NCBI GenBank assembly: GCA_002310215.1
Contig: DBYR01000013.1
Span: forward strand, 147,137 to 211,136
Direction: 5' to 3'
DNA length: 64,000 nucleotides
DNA from: Bacteroidales bacterium UBA1181
GTDB taxonomy: Bacteria; Bacteroidota; Bacteroidia; Bacteroidales; Paludibacteraceae
The stretch's first letter is position 1; each line of letters begins with the position of its first letter. Position numbers and translations under genes: made by a program. Positions 8,013 through 16,705 of this stretch are shown here, piece by piece. The notes beneath the pieces were generated by a model. That model ran no database searches. It saw only the letters and a program-made list of their open reading frames with translations, and had not been told where the DNA came from.

Positions 8013-8146
8013 CCCATTCGATATTTCTGTGTCTAGACACACTTTTCTCGAATGGACTTCGTACAAACGTGATAGATAACGGTACGTTATTAAACAAAAA
8101 AAATTGTGCTTTCTATTCCGTTTGTATATTTTTGTGAGTGACAGAT
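8013..8146 (+). promoter_or_regulatory. Upstream regulatory repeat, copy B (palindrome TGTGTCTAGACACA at 8028-8041; -7 box TATTTTTG at 8127-8134)
   Basis: Homologous to 5765-5900, with the palindrome and the -7 box at equivalent offsets. It lies upstream of the esterase gene. Confidence 0.6.
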
Positions 8147-8256
8147 TCAATAATCGATCATTTCCACTTTCGTCCACCAAAGGGAGGAAAAGGGTGGCAT
8201 CTTCAGCACAGATGGCAACATTGCTCATGTCTGTAAAAACAATAAAAATATTACCC

Positions 8257-9597
8257 ATGAAAAAGCATCTTATTTTAGTCATTTTTTCTCTTATTGGTGG
8301 TTCGCTATTCGCCCAACCGTTGGACAAAGAGGCAGCCGAGTCGGCCAAGGAGCAGGTCATCGCGGAATGGAAAGCCCAGATGTCCGCTATATATGACCAA
8401 GCATATCAAGAACATATCATCCGTCGTGACGGGTTACAGTTAGGGCTGGGATACTTCATCCGAGGCGCGGAACCTGCAGGGGGACGTAGCCTTTGGATCT
8501 CCATGCACGGTGGCGGAAACGCCCCCAAGGAAACGAATGACCAACAGTGGGAGAACCAAATATACCTTTACCAACCGCAAGGCATCTACGTGGCGCCGAG
8601 AGCTCCGTGGAATGATTGGGACATGTGGTTCAAAGCGCCTATCGACTCCCTCTTCCAGGACTTGATCACCATGATGATCGTTAAGGAGAATATCAACCCT
8701 GATAAAGTGTATATCATGGGCTATTCCGCCGGAGGGGACGGTGTCTGGCGACTGGCACCTCGCCTCGCTGACCATTGGGCCGCCGCCGCCATGATGGCCG
8801 GTCACCCGGGCGACGTGGGACTACGTAACTTGGTTAACACTCCTTTCACCATTTGGGTGGGCGCCCTCGACTCCGCCTACGACCGCAACAAGGAGGTGCA
8901 GAAGAGAGGGGAGGAAATGGATGAACTTAGCCAATCTGTGCCAGGGAAATATATCCATGAGACCCATATCGTCGCGGGGAAAGGTCACTGGATGGACCAG
9001 GTGGACACCGCCGCCGTCAGCTGGATGCAACGCTACACCCGCGACGCCCATCCGCAACAGATCATCTGGACGCAGGAGGAATGCTTGCGGAACGCTTTCT
9101 ATTGGGTCTCCTTGCCCCCTTCCGTGAAACCAGTGCGGGGCAACACCTTCGACGCGAGAATCGAGGGAAACACTATCACCATCGATAAGATGGATTATGA
9201 TGAGGTGGTCATCTGGCTGGACGATGACATGGTGGACCTCTCCCAGCCCGTCACCATCCAATACGACGGAAGGACGCTCTTCCGGCAAGTGGTGGAGAGA
9301 ACAGAAGAGAGCATGCGGCAATCCATCTACGAACGCAAAGACCCATCCTTCTGTTTCCCTGCCAACGTCACGATTTCCAAAGACATGACAGTGGAAGACA
9401 CTGGTATAGAGGAGGTTGAGGCCTCCCTGTTGTGGCGTGATGATATCCGACGGATTGAAGCCTATGACCTGCAAGGACATACGCTCTGCTCCACCACACA
9501 GCGGGATGAATACCTGCGATTCGCCCAAAAGTACGGATGCATCCACATCATAAGGTTGCATTTTGACAACTTCAGCAAGGTGGAAACACGGAAATAA
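8257..9597 (+). CDS. Secreted alpha/beta-hydrolase (esterase, PHB-depolymerase/feruloyl-esterase-like)
   Basis: Signal peptide MKKHLILVIFSLIGGSLFAQ at an internal Met of ORF 8104..9597. Nucleophile elbow YIMGYSAGGDG and SMHGGGN oxyanion-type motif. Confidence 0.75.
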   Translation: MKKHLILVIFSLIGGSLFAQPLDKEAAESAKEQVIAEWKAQMSAIYDQAYQEHIIRRDGLQLGLGYFIRGAEPAGGRSLWISMHGGGNAPKETNDQQWENQIYLYQPQGIYVAPRAPWNDWDMWFKAPIDSLFQDLITMMIVKENINPDKVYIMGYSAGGDGVWRLAPRLADHWAAAAMMAGHPGDVGLRNLVNTPFTIWVGALDSAYDRNKEVQKRGEEMDELSQSVPGKYIHETHIVAGKGHWMDQVDTAAVSWMQRYTRDAHPQQIIWTQEECLRNAFYWVSLPPSVKPVRGNTFDARIEGNTITIDKMDYDEVVIWLDDDMVDLSQPVTIQYDGRTLFRQVVERTEESMRQSIYERKDPSFCFPANVTISKDMTVEDTGIEEVEASLLWRDDIRRIEAYDLQGHTLCSTTQRDEYLRFAQKYGCIHIIRLHFDNFSKVETRK

Positions 9598-9677
9598 TAA
9601 GAATTTGGCTCAACTACATTTGCCACTCCGTTCATTTATCATAATTTCGCGGCATTAAAAACCACACATGGGAGAAC

Positions 9678-10478
9678 ATGGGCAAGGAGAGCACGTTATT
9701 TAACCGGCTTACCCTTCTTTTGGGGAGGGAGACGATGGATGTCATCAGCAAGAAAAGAGTCATTATTTTTGGTGTTGGTGGCGTGGGTAGTTGGTGCGCC
9801 GAAAGTTTAGTGCGCAGTGGCATCAGCCATCTCACGATCGTCGATAGCGATAGGATATGCGTCACAAACGTCAATCGACAGTTACAAGCGACAAGCAAGA
9901 CGGTCGGCCTTGTAAAGGTTAACGTACTGAAGGATAGATTATTGGATATCAATCCACAAGCTGAGATCGAGGCAATTCAGGAGATCTATTCCGCAGAGAA
10001 CGACCCGATGTTCCATCTTGAGGAATATGACTACATCATTGATGCCATTGACAGTCTGGAGAACAAAGTTCACTTGATATTGCGCGCCACGGAGTGCCCA
10101 GGGAAGTTTTTTTCTGCGATGGGAGCCGCACTTAAGATTGACCCGACACAGGTTCAGGTGGCGGATTTCTGGAAGGTTCATGGATGTCCGTTGGCTCGGG
10201 CTATTCGGAAAAAATTTAAGCGCATAGATAAATATCCTCGGAAAAAATTCCTTTGCGTCTTCTCGCCGGAGTTGCTATCCAACAAAGGAGAAGCATCCAC
10301 CTGCGGGACAAGCGCATGCATATGTCCCAAGTCGGCCCTCATCACCGGCAACCCCAACCTCGTCAACCACGAGTGGTGTTCCTCAAAAGCGCAAATCAAC
10401 GGGACCACGGCGCATATAACAGCCATCTTCGGATTTACCATAGCTGGATTGGTGATGCAGGATATCGCTCAAGTATAA
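9678..10478 (+). CDS. tcdA: tRNA threonylcarbamoyladenosine dehydratase (ThiF/E1-like, TcdA/CsdL)
   Basis: 266 aa. Rossmann motif VIIFGVGGVGSW and DSDRICVTNVNRQ, typical of TcdA. Confidence 0.8.
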   Translation: MGKESTLFNRLTLLLGRETMDVISKKRVIIFGVGGVGSWCAESLVRSGISHLTIVDSDRICVTNVNRQLQATSKTVGLVKVNVLKDRLLDINPQAEIEAIQEIYSAENDPMFHLEEYDYIIDAIDSLENKVHLILRATECPGKFFSAMGAALKIDPTQVQVADFWKVHGCPLARAIRKKFKRIDKYPRKKFLCVFSPELLSNKGEASTCGTSACICPKSALITGNPNLVNHEWCSSKAQINGTTAHITAIFGFTIAGLVMQDIAQV

Positions 10479-10763
10479 TTGTCTTCGGATATAATCGTAG
10501 GAGTAGTGTATCCTGCGAATCAGCAATTATCCGGATAGAACATCGTGTGGTAAAAACGAGGGGATATAGGACGAACGCAATATGATCCGCCTATTATACT
10601 GAAAGAACAAACAATTTTTTGCATATTTAATATTAATAGAAAAAACACAATAGAAACGCGAAATATTTTTTATTTTTGTACAAGAGAGACATCGTGCACT
10701 TTCCTTACGGGAGGAAATCATGCGCAACTGCTTGTAAAAGAAAACTTTAATGATCGTCAGTGT

Positions 10764-13700
10764 ATGTGGATAAAAAAATATATTACTGGATTTTTGGGTG
10801 CGATATTTATATCGTTGGGAGCCTCTTCCCAGGATATCTTCATCGACGGAGCAAGCAGCTCATTGGGAGGATTTATCTGTGGCGAATCGCACACCATCCA
10901 ATTATCGGATCCGCAGACGTGGGGCATCACCTTCACAACCCCCTATTGCCTATGGCAACGATCGGACAATAACGGCACATCATGGCAGAACATCGTCGAG
11001 AGCGGGACGAACACCACCTCTATCGATGTGGTCAACTACGACGGCACGAAACAACTATACCGAGTCATCATTGGCGAATCGGAAACGGTTGCGAGCGATT
11101 ACGCCAGATATGGGGTCGCGACTGGAGTGATTTCGGTGCCCAACTTCGTCAGCATGCAATGCGACCCTACCATCTGTGGCGATGGGGAGAACCGCCTTGT
11201 GGTTTGGAAGGAGGACTTCAAGAGCGTGCCGAGGGGCGAAAGAAGAGAGTGCGCAGATGTAAGAACCAGAAAATTCGCAGGACGATACAACACGAGTTAC
11301 AGTACAAATATAGGCGACAGCTGTTATGCCATCGTATCCCACTCGGAGGATGGTTCTACCTCATCATACGATTGGTTCTCTGGCGGCACAGACCATACCG
11401 GCAACAAGGATGGTGGCTTCTTATTGATCAACAACCCTGACCGTTCATGGAATGAACACGAACTCATCTTCGAGAAAAAGATCGATTTTGACTTATGTTC
11501 CGACACGTGGTACTATTTTTCCATGTATGCCATGTGCGTCACGGGTGGCTTCATCAAAAACCCCAATGCCACTGGCGCCTATCCGAATTTCTTGTTCGAA
11601 ATCATTGGAGAAGACGGAACCACGGTTTTGGCGTCTAATCAGTCAGGGGAGGTCCCCGTTTCAGTCTATGGTATTTCAACGTGGATCAACTATGGCGTCA
11701 GCTTTAACTCGGGGAACAATCGGAACGTGACGCTACGGATCTATGACGATGCGGAGAAGGGTGTGGGTGGCGACGATATGGCCATCGACGACATATCCCT
11801 AATCGCTTGCGAAAAGCCTATTCCAGAGGCTATTCTCAGCGTTGGACAGGAGCAGGACAAGGAGGGAATCTGCGGCGAAACCGCACAACTGACGTTATCA
11901 GACATGTCACAATGGGAGGCCTTGCTGCCTGACGTTTACTGTGTCTGGCAAACCTCCGATGATGGCGGGGCCACATGGACCAACATGCCGGAAAGCGGCG
12001 AGAAGGTCTACTCCGTCGAGGTGCCTTTCCAGAAATCGGACGAGGGCATGCGCTACCGTGTGATCATCGCGAAGGACCAAACCTCCGGACTATTCATCGC
12101 GGACCACGGTTTTTCGGACGATGCCTGCTCCCTCTACAAAATCAGCAATGTCTCCACGCTCACTTGCCACTGCGCGACGCCTCAAATCTTCGTCACCGCC
12201 AGCAGCTCATTTTTCTGCACGGACCCGGTAGAACTCTCCGCCACGGTGAACAATGGCGTGGCGGTGGATAGCATCTCATGGAGCCAACAGGACGTCAGCA
12301 CAGGGGATTGGGTCGCTATCGCAGACCAGCAAGGGTCTTCCATCTCTGTATTCGACCAAATAGAGAGACACTATTGCGCCGTGGCTTGGAATGACACCTG
12401 CCATTCCGACTCGGTGTTCATCACGATAAAAGAGAGCCACACGGACAGTGTGCCGCTAAAAATAACAGGAGATGGAACGATCTGCGAAAATGGCTCGACG
12501 ACGCTCATCCTGACGGGCAACGCCCTCGACCAAATCACTTGGATGAAGAGGGAGGAGGGGGAGAGTGATTTCTCTCCTTTGGGTGCCGCTGACGCTCCGC
12601 AAACAACGGTCAGCCCAAGTAAGACCACCTACTACCGCGCAGAGTCCGCCGTCCTCCCTGGCCAGTGCATCCAAGGCATCTCCGACACGTTCACCGTGAA
12701 GGTGGATGTCCCTGCCACACTCACCCTCGCATCATCCGCCAGTGCGGTCTGCGTGAACGATGATGTGACCCTCTCGGCAAGCTATGGCACAGCCACCGCC
12801 ATCGTCTGGGAGAAGAAGGAGGAGGGTGAAACCGCCTTCGCGGACTTCTCCACCGACCTCATCCAACAGCAGGTCGTCAACCCTACACACAAAACCACCT
12901 ACCGCATCCGCTCCGCACAGAGCAGTGCTTGTCCGGAGAGCGTTTCGGACGAGGTGACGGTCTCCACGGAAGATTCCCTGAGGGTCTCTGTAGAGCCTAT
13001 CGAAACGACACTCTGCGAAGGAACGGCGGTGAGCCTAAAGGCCTCCGTCACGGGTACGCCCGCATCCGTCACATGGGAGAAGCAAGCAGGCGGACAGACC
13101 TCCGTCCTGGCCAACGACAAGGAGGCCACAGACACGCCAACACAATCCTGCGAATACACGGTGACAGCAGCCGGACAGCTCTGCCCGGACGCTACCCAAA
13201 GCCTCTCCGTCACAGTGGACAACCAAGCATCGCTAACCTTGAGCGCCTCCGCCAATGCGGTCTGCGTGAACGATAACGTGACCCTCTCGGCAAGCTATGG
13301 CACAGCCACCGCCATCGTCTGGGAGAAGAAGGAGGAGGGCGAAACCGCCTTCGCGGACTTCTCCACCGACCTCACCCAACAGCAGGTAGTCAACCCTGCG
13401 CACAAGACCACCTACCGCATCCGCTCCGCACAGAGCAGTGCTTGTCCGAAGAGCGTTTCGGACGAGGTGACCATCTCCACGGAAGACTCCCTGCGGGTCT
13501 CTGTAGAGCCTATCCAAACGACACTCTGCGAAGGCACGGCGGTGAGCCTGAAAGCCTCCGTCACGGGTACGCCCGCATCCATCACGTGGGAGAAGCAAGT
13601 AGGCGGACAGACCTCCGTTTTGGCCAATGACAAGGAGACCACAGACACGCCTGCCCAATCTTGCGAATACACGGTGACGGCAGCCGGACAGCTCTGCCCG

Positions 13701-16274
13701 GACGCTACCCAAAGCCTCTCCGTCACAGTGGACAACCAGGCGACACTGACGTTGAGCGCCTCCGCCAATGCGGTCTGCGTGAACGATAATGTGACCCTCT
13801 CGGCAAGCTATGGCACAGCGACCGCCATCGCCTGGGAGAAGAAGGAGGAAGGAGAAACCGCCTTTGCGGATTTCTCCACCGACCTCATCCAACAGCAGGT
13901 TGTCAACCCTGCGCACAAGACCACCTACCGCATCCGCTCCGCACAGAACAATGCCTGTCCGGAGAGCTATTCGGACGAGGTGACCATCACCACGGAAGAC
14001 TCCCTGCGGGTCTCTGTAGAGCCTATCGAAACAACACTCTGCGAAGGCACGGCGGTGAGCCTGAAGGCCTCCGTCACGGGTACACCCGCATCCATCACGT
14101 GGGAGAAGCAGGTGGGCGGACAGACCTCCGTTTTGGCCAATGACAAAGAGACCACAGACACGCCTGCCCAATCTTGCGAATACACGGTGACAGCAGCCGG
14201 ACAGCTCTGCCCGGACGCTACCCAAAGCCTCTCCGTCACAGTGGACAACCAGGCGACACTGACGTTGAGTGCCTCCGCTAATGCGGTCTGCGTAAACGAC
14301 AACGTGACCCTCTCGGCAAGCTATGGCACAGCCACCGCCATCGTCTGGGAGAAGAAGGAGGAAGGCGAAACCGCCTTTGCGGACTTCTCCACCGACCTCA
14401 CCCAACAGCAGGTAGTCAACCCTACGCACAAGACCACCTACCGCATCCGCTCCGCGCAGAACAATGCTTGTCCGGAGAGCTATTCGGATGAGGTGACGGT
14501 CACCACGGAAGACTCCCTGCGCATGAACCTTCAACCTATTGCGGAGACAGTCAAGGAAGGGAATAGTGTTAGCCTCAAGGCAACTATTGTCCAAGGCACC
14601 CCGACATCGTTCACATGGGAGAAGGAAACCGACTCAGGGAAGAGCACGTTAGGCACACAATACGAGGCGACTGACACGCCAAGCGAAAACAGCACCTACA
14701 TCGCCACCGTCCATGCGACGTATTGCCCTGAGGTGACCCTTAGCCAAAGCATCATCTTCAAGCCACTGATTATCCTTAGCCTATCGTCCGCAGTGGATAC
14801 GATATGCGAAGGCGAGGAAGTGGTGCTCACCGCCAGCTATGGAGTGGCAGAGGGTATTGCATGGGAAAAACAGGAGGAGGGATCCTCTGGTTACGAGGAA
14901 TTCGCCACTGACTTAACCACGCAGAAGAATGTGACACCAATGGTGACAACCCGCTACAGAATACGCTACACAGGAGATGATGTGGTCTACTCCAACGATG
15001 TCACCATCCATGTGGTGAAACCAGTTGAAGTCGAACTTACAGGAGATGAGTCCACATGTAAGGGAAGTGACTACACCATTAACTTCCGCATAAAGAACGG
15101 GCAGGATGTATCATCCGTCACCCTATACGAATCCGTCAATGGAGAGATCGTCAACCGGGAAAAGATTGAAGGATATAGTTCGGGCGACTACAACGGGGCC
15201 TCCCTCTATACCCTCAAGGAAGAGACCTCCTTCAGCATGAAGGCCATTGCCAACCATTGCCATGAGGTGGAGGCCACCCACACCGTAACAATCGACACGG
15301 TCCCTGACCACTATGAACTGACTGCTTCGTCAGACTCGATCTGTAGAGGCGACATTGTGGAACTCTCCACAGACTTCCCGTTCTCGGCGAACAATCTGTT
15401 GTTATCCGCGACATCCGCCACAACGGGTCACCCGGAGGAGATCTACATGGCTTCCGACAAGGAGAGTTTCAATCCAGATGAGACCACCAACTACACCCTT
15501 ATCCCACGCACGGAGAAGGGGTGCATAGGGGAAAAGAAGGAACTCACCATCCATGTGTTCGAGCCAACGGAAGGCACGACGAAGGACACGATGGTCTGCA
15601 TCGGGGAGCGCGCCTTCCTGCGTGTGAATGATGGTGCTGCTGACAACCGATATGTCTGGTCCACCTCCCCTGAATTCACCGATACCATCGCCATAGGCAA
15701 CAGACAGGAGGTGTTCCCGGAAGAGACTACCACCTACTACGTGAAGGCGACAAACGGTACGTGCGAAAAGCAACTAGAGCAGACGATACACGTTGCGCCG
15801 CAACCCAATATTATCGTGAATCAGGAAGAGGCGCAGATCATCACCCTCGAAGGGGAAGGCGGAACAGCCCCTTATCTCTTCGACTTGGGCTCAGGATTCG
15901 AACAGACAAACACAATCACACCAGTGGTTCCCGGCTGGACCTATACCGCCAAGGTCAAAGACGAGAAGGGCTGCGTCGGCGAAATGACCTTCGTGGCGGA
16001 ACGTCATGATCTGATTATCCCTGAATACTTCACACCTCAGGGCGATGGAACCAACGACACATGGAAGATCATCAACTTGAATAGATATGCCAACGTGAGA
16101 GTATCCATCTTCGACCGACATGGCAAGAAACTCTTCGAGTCGACAGACCCTGAGCAAGAGTGGGACGGAACATACAATGGCTATGCCTTGCCTTCGGAGG
16201 ATTATTGGTATATCATCAACCTTTATGACACAAGGGTAACATACAAGGGACATTTCACGTTAATACGAAACTAA
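10764..16274 (+). CDS. Giant repetitive surface protein (Ig-like repeats) with a T9SS type-B (gliding-motility-associated) C-terminal sorting domain
   Basis: 1836 aa. Signal peptide MWIKKYITGFLGAIFISLGASSQ and many Cys-containing ~85-aa modules. C-terminus IPEYFTPQGDGTNDTWKI...DYWYIINL...KGHFTLIRN matches the type-B CTD pattern. Confidence 0.9.
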   Translation: MWIKKYITGFLGAIFISLGASSQDIFIDGASSSLGGFICGESHTIQLSDPQTWGITFTTPYCLWQRSDNNGTSWQNIVESGTNTTSIDVVNYDGTKQLYRVIIGESETVASDYARYGVATGVISVPNFVSMQCDPTICGDGENRLVVWKEDFKSVPRGERRECADVRTRKFAGRYNTSYSTNIGDSCYAIVSHSEDGSTSSYDWFSGGTDHTGNKDGGFLLINNPDRSWNEHELIFEKKIDFDLCSDTWYYFSMYAMCVTGGFIKNPNATGAYPNFLFEIIGEDGTTVLASNQSGEVPVSVYGISTWINYGVSFNSGNNRNVTLRIYDDAEKGVGGDDMAIDDISLIACEKPIPEAILSVGQEQDKEGICGETAQLTLSDMSQWEALLPDVYCVWQTSDDGGATWTNMPESGEKVYSVEVPFQKSDEGMRYRVIIAKDQTSGLFIADHGFSDDACSLYKISNVSTLTCHCATPQIFVTASSSFFCTDPVELSATVNNGVAVDSISWSQQDVSTGDWVAIADQQGSSISVFDQIERHYCAVAWNDTCHSDSVFITIKESHTDSVPLKITGDGTICENGSTTLILTGNALDQITWMKREEGESDFSPLGAADAPQTTVSPSKTTYYRAESAVLPGQCIQGISDTFTVKVDVPATLTLASSASAVCVNDDVTLSASYGTATAIVWEKKEEGETAFADFSTDLIQQQVVNPTHKTTYRIRSAQSSACPESVSDEVTVSTEDSLRVSVEPIETTLCEGTAVSLKASVTGTPASVTWEKQAGGQTSVLANDKEATDTPTQSCEYTVTAAGQLCPDATQSLSVTVDNQASLTLSASANAVCVNDNVTLSASYGTATAIVWEKKEEGETAFADFSTDLTQQQVVNPAHKTTYRIRSAQSSACPKSVSDEVTISTEDSLRVSVEPIQTTLCEGTAVSLKASVTGTPASITWEKQVGGQTSVLANDKETTDTPAQSCEYTVTAAGQLCPDATQSLSVTVDNQATLTLSASANAVCVNDNVTLSASYGTATAIAWEKKEEGETAFADFSTDLIQQQVVNPAHKTTYRIRSAQNNACPESYSDEVTITTEDSLRVSVEPIETTLCEGTAVSLKASVTGTPASITWEKQVGGQTSVLANDKETTDTPAQSCEYTVTAAGQLCPDATQSLSVTVDNQATLTLSASANAVCVNDNVTLSASYGTATAIVWEKKEEGETAFADFSTDLTQQQVVNPTHKTTYRIRSAQNNACPESYSDEVTVTTEDSLRMNLQPIAETVKEGNSVSLKATIVQGTPTSFTWEKETDSGKSTLGTQYEATDTPSENSTYIATVHATYCPEVTLSQSIIFKPLIILSLSSAVDTICEGEEVVLTASYGVAEGIAWEKQEEGSSGYEEFATDLTTQKNVTPMVTTRYRIRYTGDDVVYSNDVTIHVVKPVEVELTGDESTCKGSDYTINFRIKNGQDVSSVTLYESVNGEIVNREKIEGYSSGDYNGASLYTLKEETSFSMKAIANHCHEVEATHTVTIDTVPDHYELTASSDSICRGDIVELSTDFPFSANNLLLSATSATTGHPEEIYMASDKESFNPDETTNYTLIPRTEKGCIGEKKELTIHVFEPTEGTTKDTMVCIGERAFLRVNDGAADNRYVWSTSPEFTDTIAIGNRQEVFPEETTTYYVKATNGTCEKQLEQTIHVAPQPNIIVNQEEAQIITLEGEGGTAPYLFDLGSGFEQTNTITPVVPGWTYTAKVKDEKGCVGEMTFVAERHDLIIPEYFTPQGDGTNDTWKIINLNRYANVRVSIFDRHGKKLFESTDPEQEWDGTYNGYALPSEDYWYIINLYDTRVTYKGHFTLIRN
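12714..14522 (+). repeat. Near-identical in-frame tandem repeat, period 513 bp (171 aa), about 3.5 copies
   Basis: The marker gcggtctgcgtgaacga recurs at 12744, 13257 and 13770, and as gcggtctgcgtaaacga at 14283, exactly 513 bp apart. Copies 2 and 3 differ at about 9 of 171 aa by my count. Confidence 0.95.
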
Positions 16275-16296
16275 GGAATTATAGAGAATCATTATT

Positions 16297-16692
16297 ATGG
16301 AATATATCTTTGAATACGAATTTGAGGTGCGCGACTACGAGTGCGATGTGCAGGGTATTGTAAATAACGCTAATTATCAGCATTATATGGAGCATGCGAG
16401 GCACCGCTACATCCAGACGATCGGTTTGGACTTCATGGAGCTGACCAACGCCGGGGTCATCCTCGTCGTCGCAAAGGCTGAGCTGCAATACAAGCAACCG
16501 TTGAAGAGCAACGACAAGTTCGTCTGCCGCCTCAACGTGAAGAAGGAGGGTATCCGTTATGTTTTCTATGAGGATATTTACCGTCTATCCGACAATAAGC
16601 TTTGTACACAAGGTAAATTCGACATCGTCTCCGTCATCAATGGTAGACTAAAGACTTCGGAGATCGTCGACAAGGCACTCTTCGGTGAATAA
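16297..16692 (+). CDS. Acyl-CoA thioesterase, YbgC/4HBT hotdog family
   Basis: 131 aa. FEVRDYECDVQGIVNNANYQHYMEHAR is the typical 4HBT N-terminal motif. Confidence 0.85.
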   Translation: MEYIFEYEFEVRDYECDVQGIVNNANYQHYMEHARHRYIQTIGLDFMELTNAGVILVVAKAELQYKQPLKSNDKFVCRLNVKKEGIRYVFYEDIYRLSDNKLCTQGKFDIVSVINGRLKTSEIVDKALFGE

Positions 16693-16705
16693 TTAGTTAT
16701 TACGA

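Noticed and set aside
9678-10478. The ThiF/E1-like gene as the missing E1 partner of the UBC-like protein at 5256..5681
   Set aside because: Its sequence looks like housekeeping TcdA (tRNA ct6A dehydratase). It has host-like composition, lies 4 kb away beyond two unrelated enzyme genes, and has its own promoter.
12714-14522. Regular repeats that might be mistaken for a CRISPR array
   Set aside because: The period is 513 bp with no short repeat/spacer alternation. The repeats are in frame within a protein-coding gene, and no cas genes lie nearby.
13233-14594. 453-aa minus-strand ORF, plus several 110-120-aa ORFs, inside the adhesin repeat region
   Set aside because: They are antisense shadows of the high-GC repetitive plus-strand gene. 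Their sequence is low-complexity and Arg/Gly/Val-rich, with no start context, and they are entirely contained in a far better-supported 1836-aa ORF.
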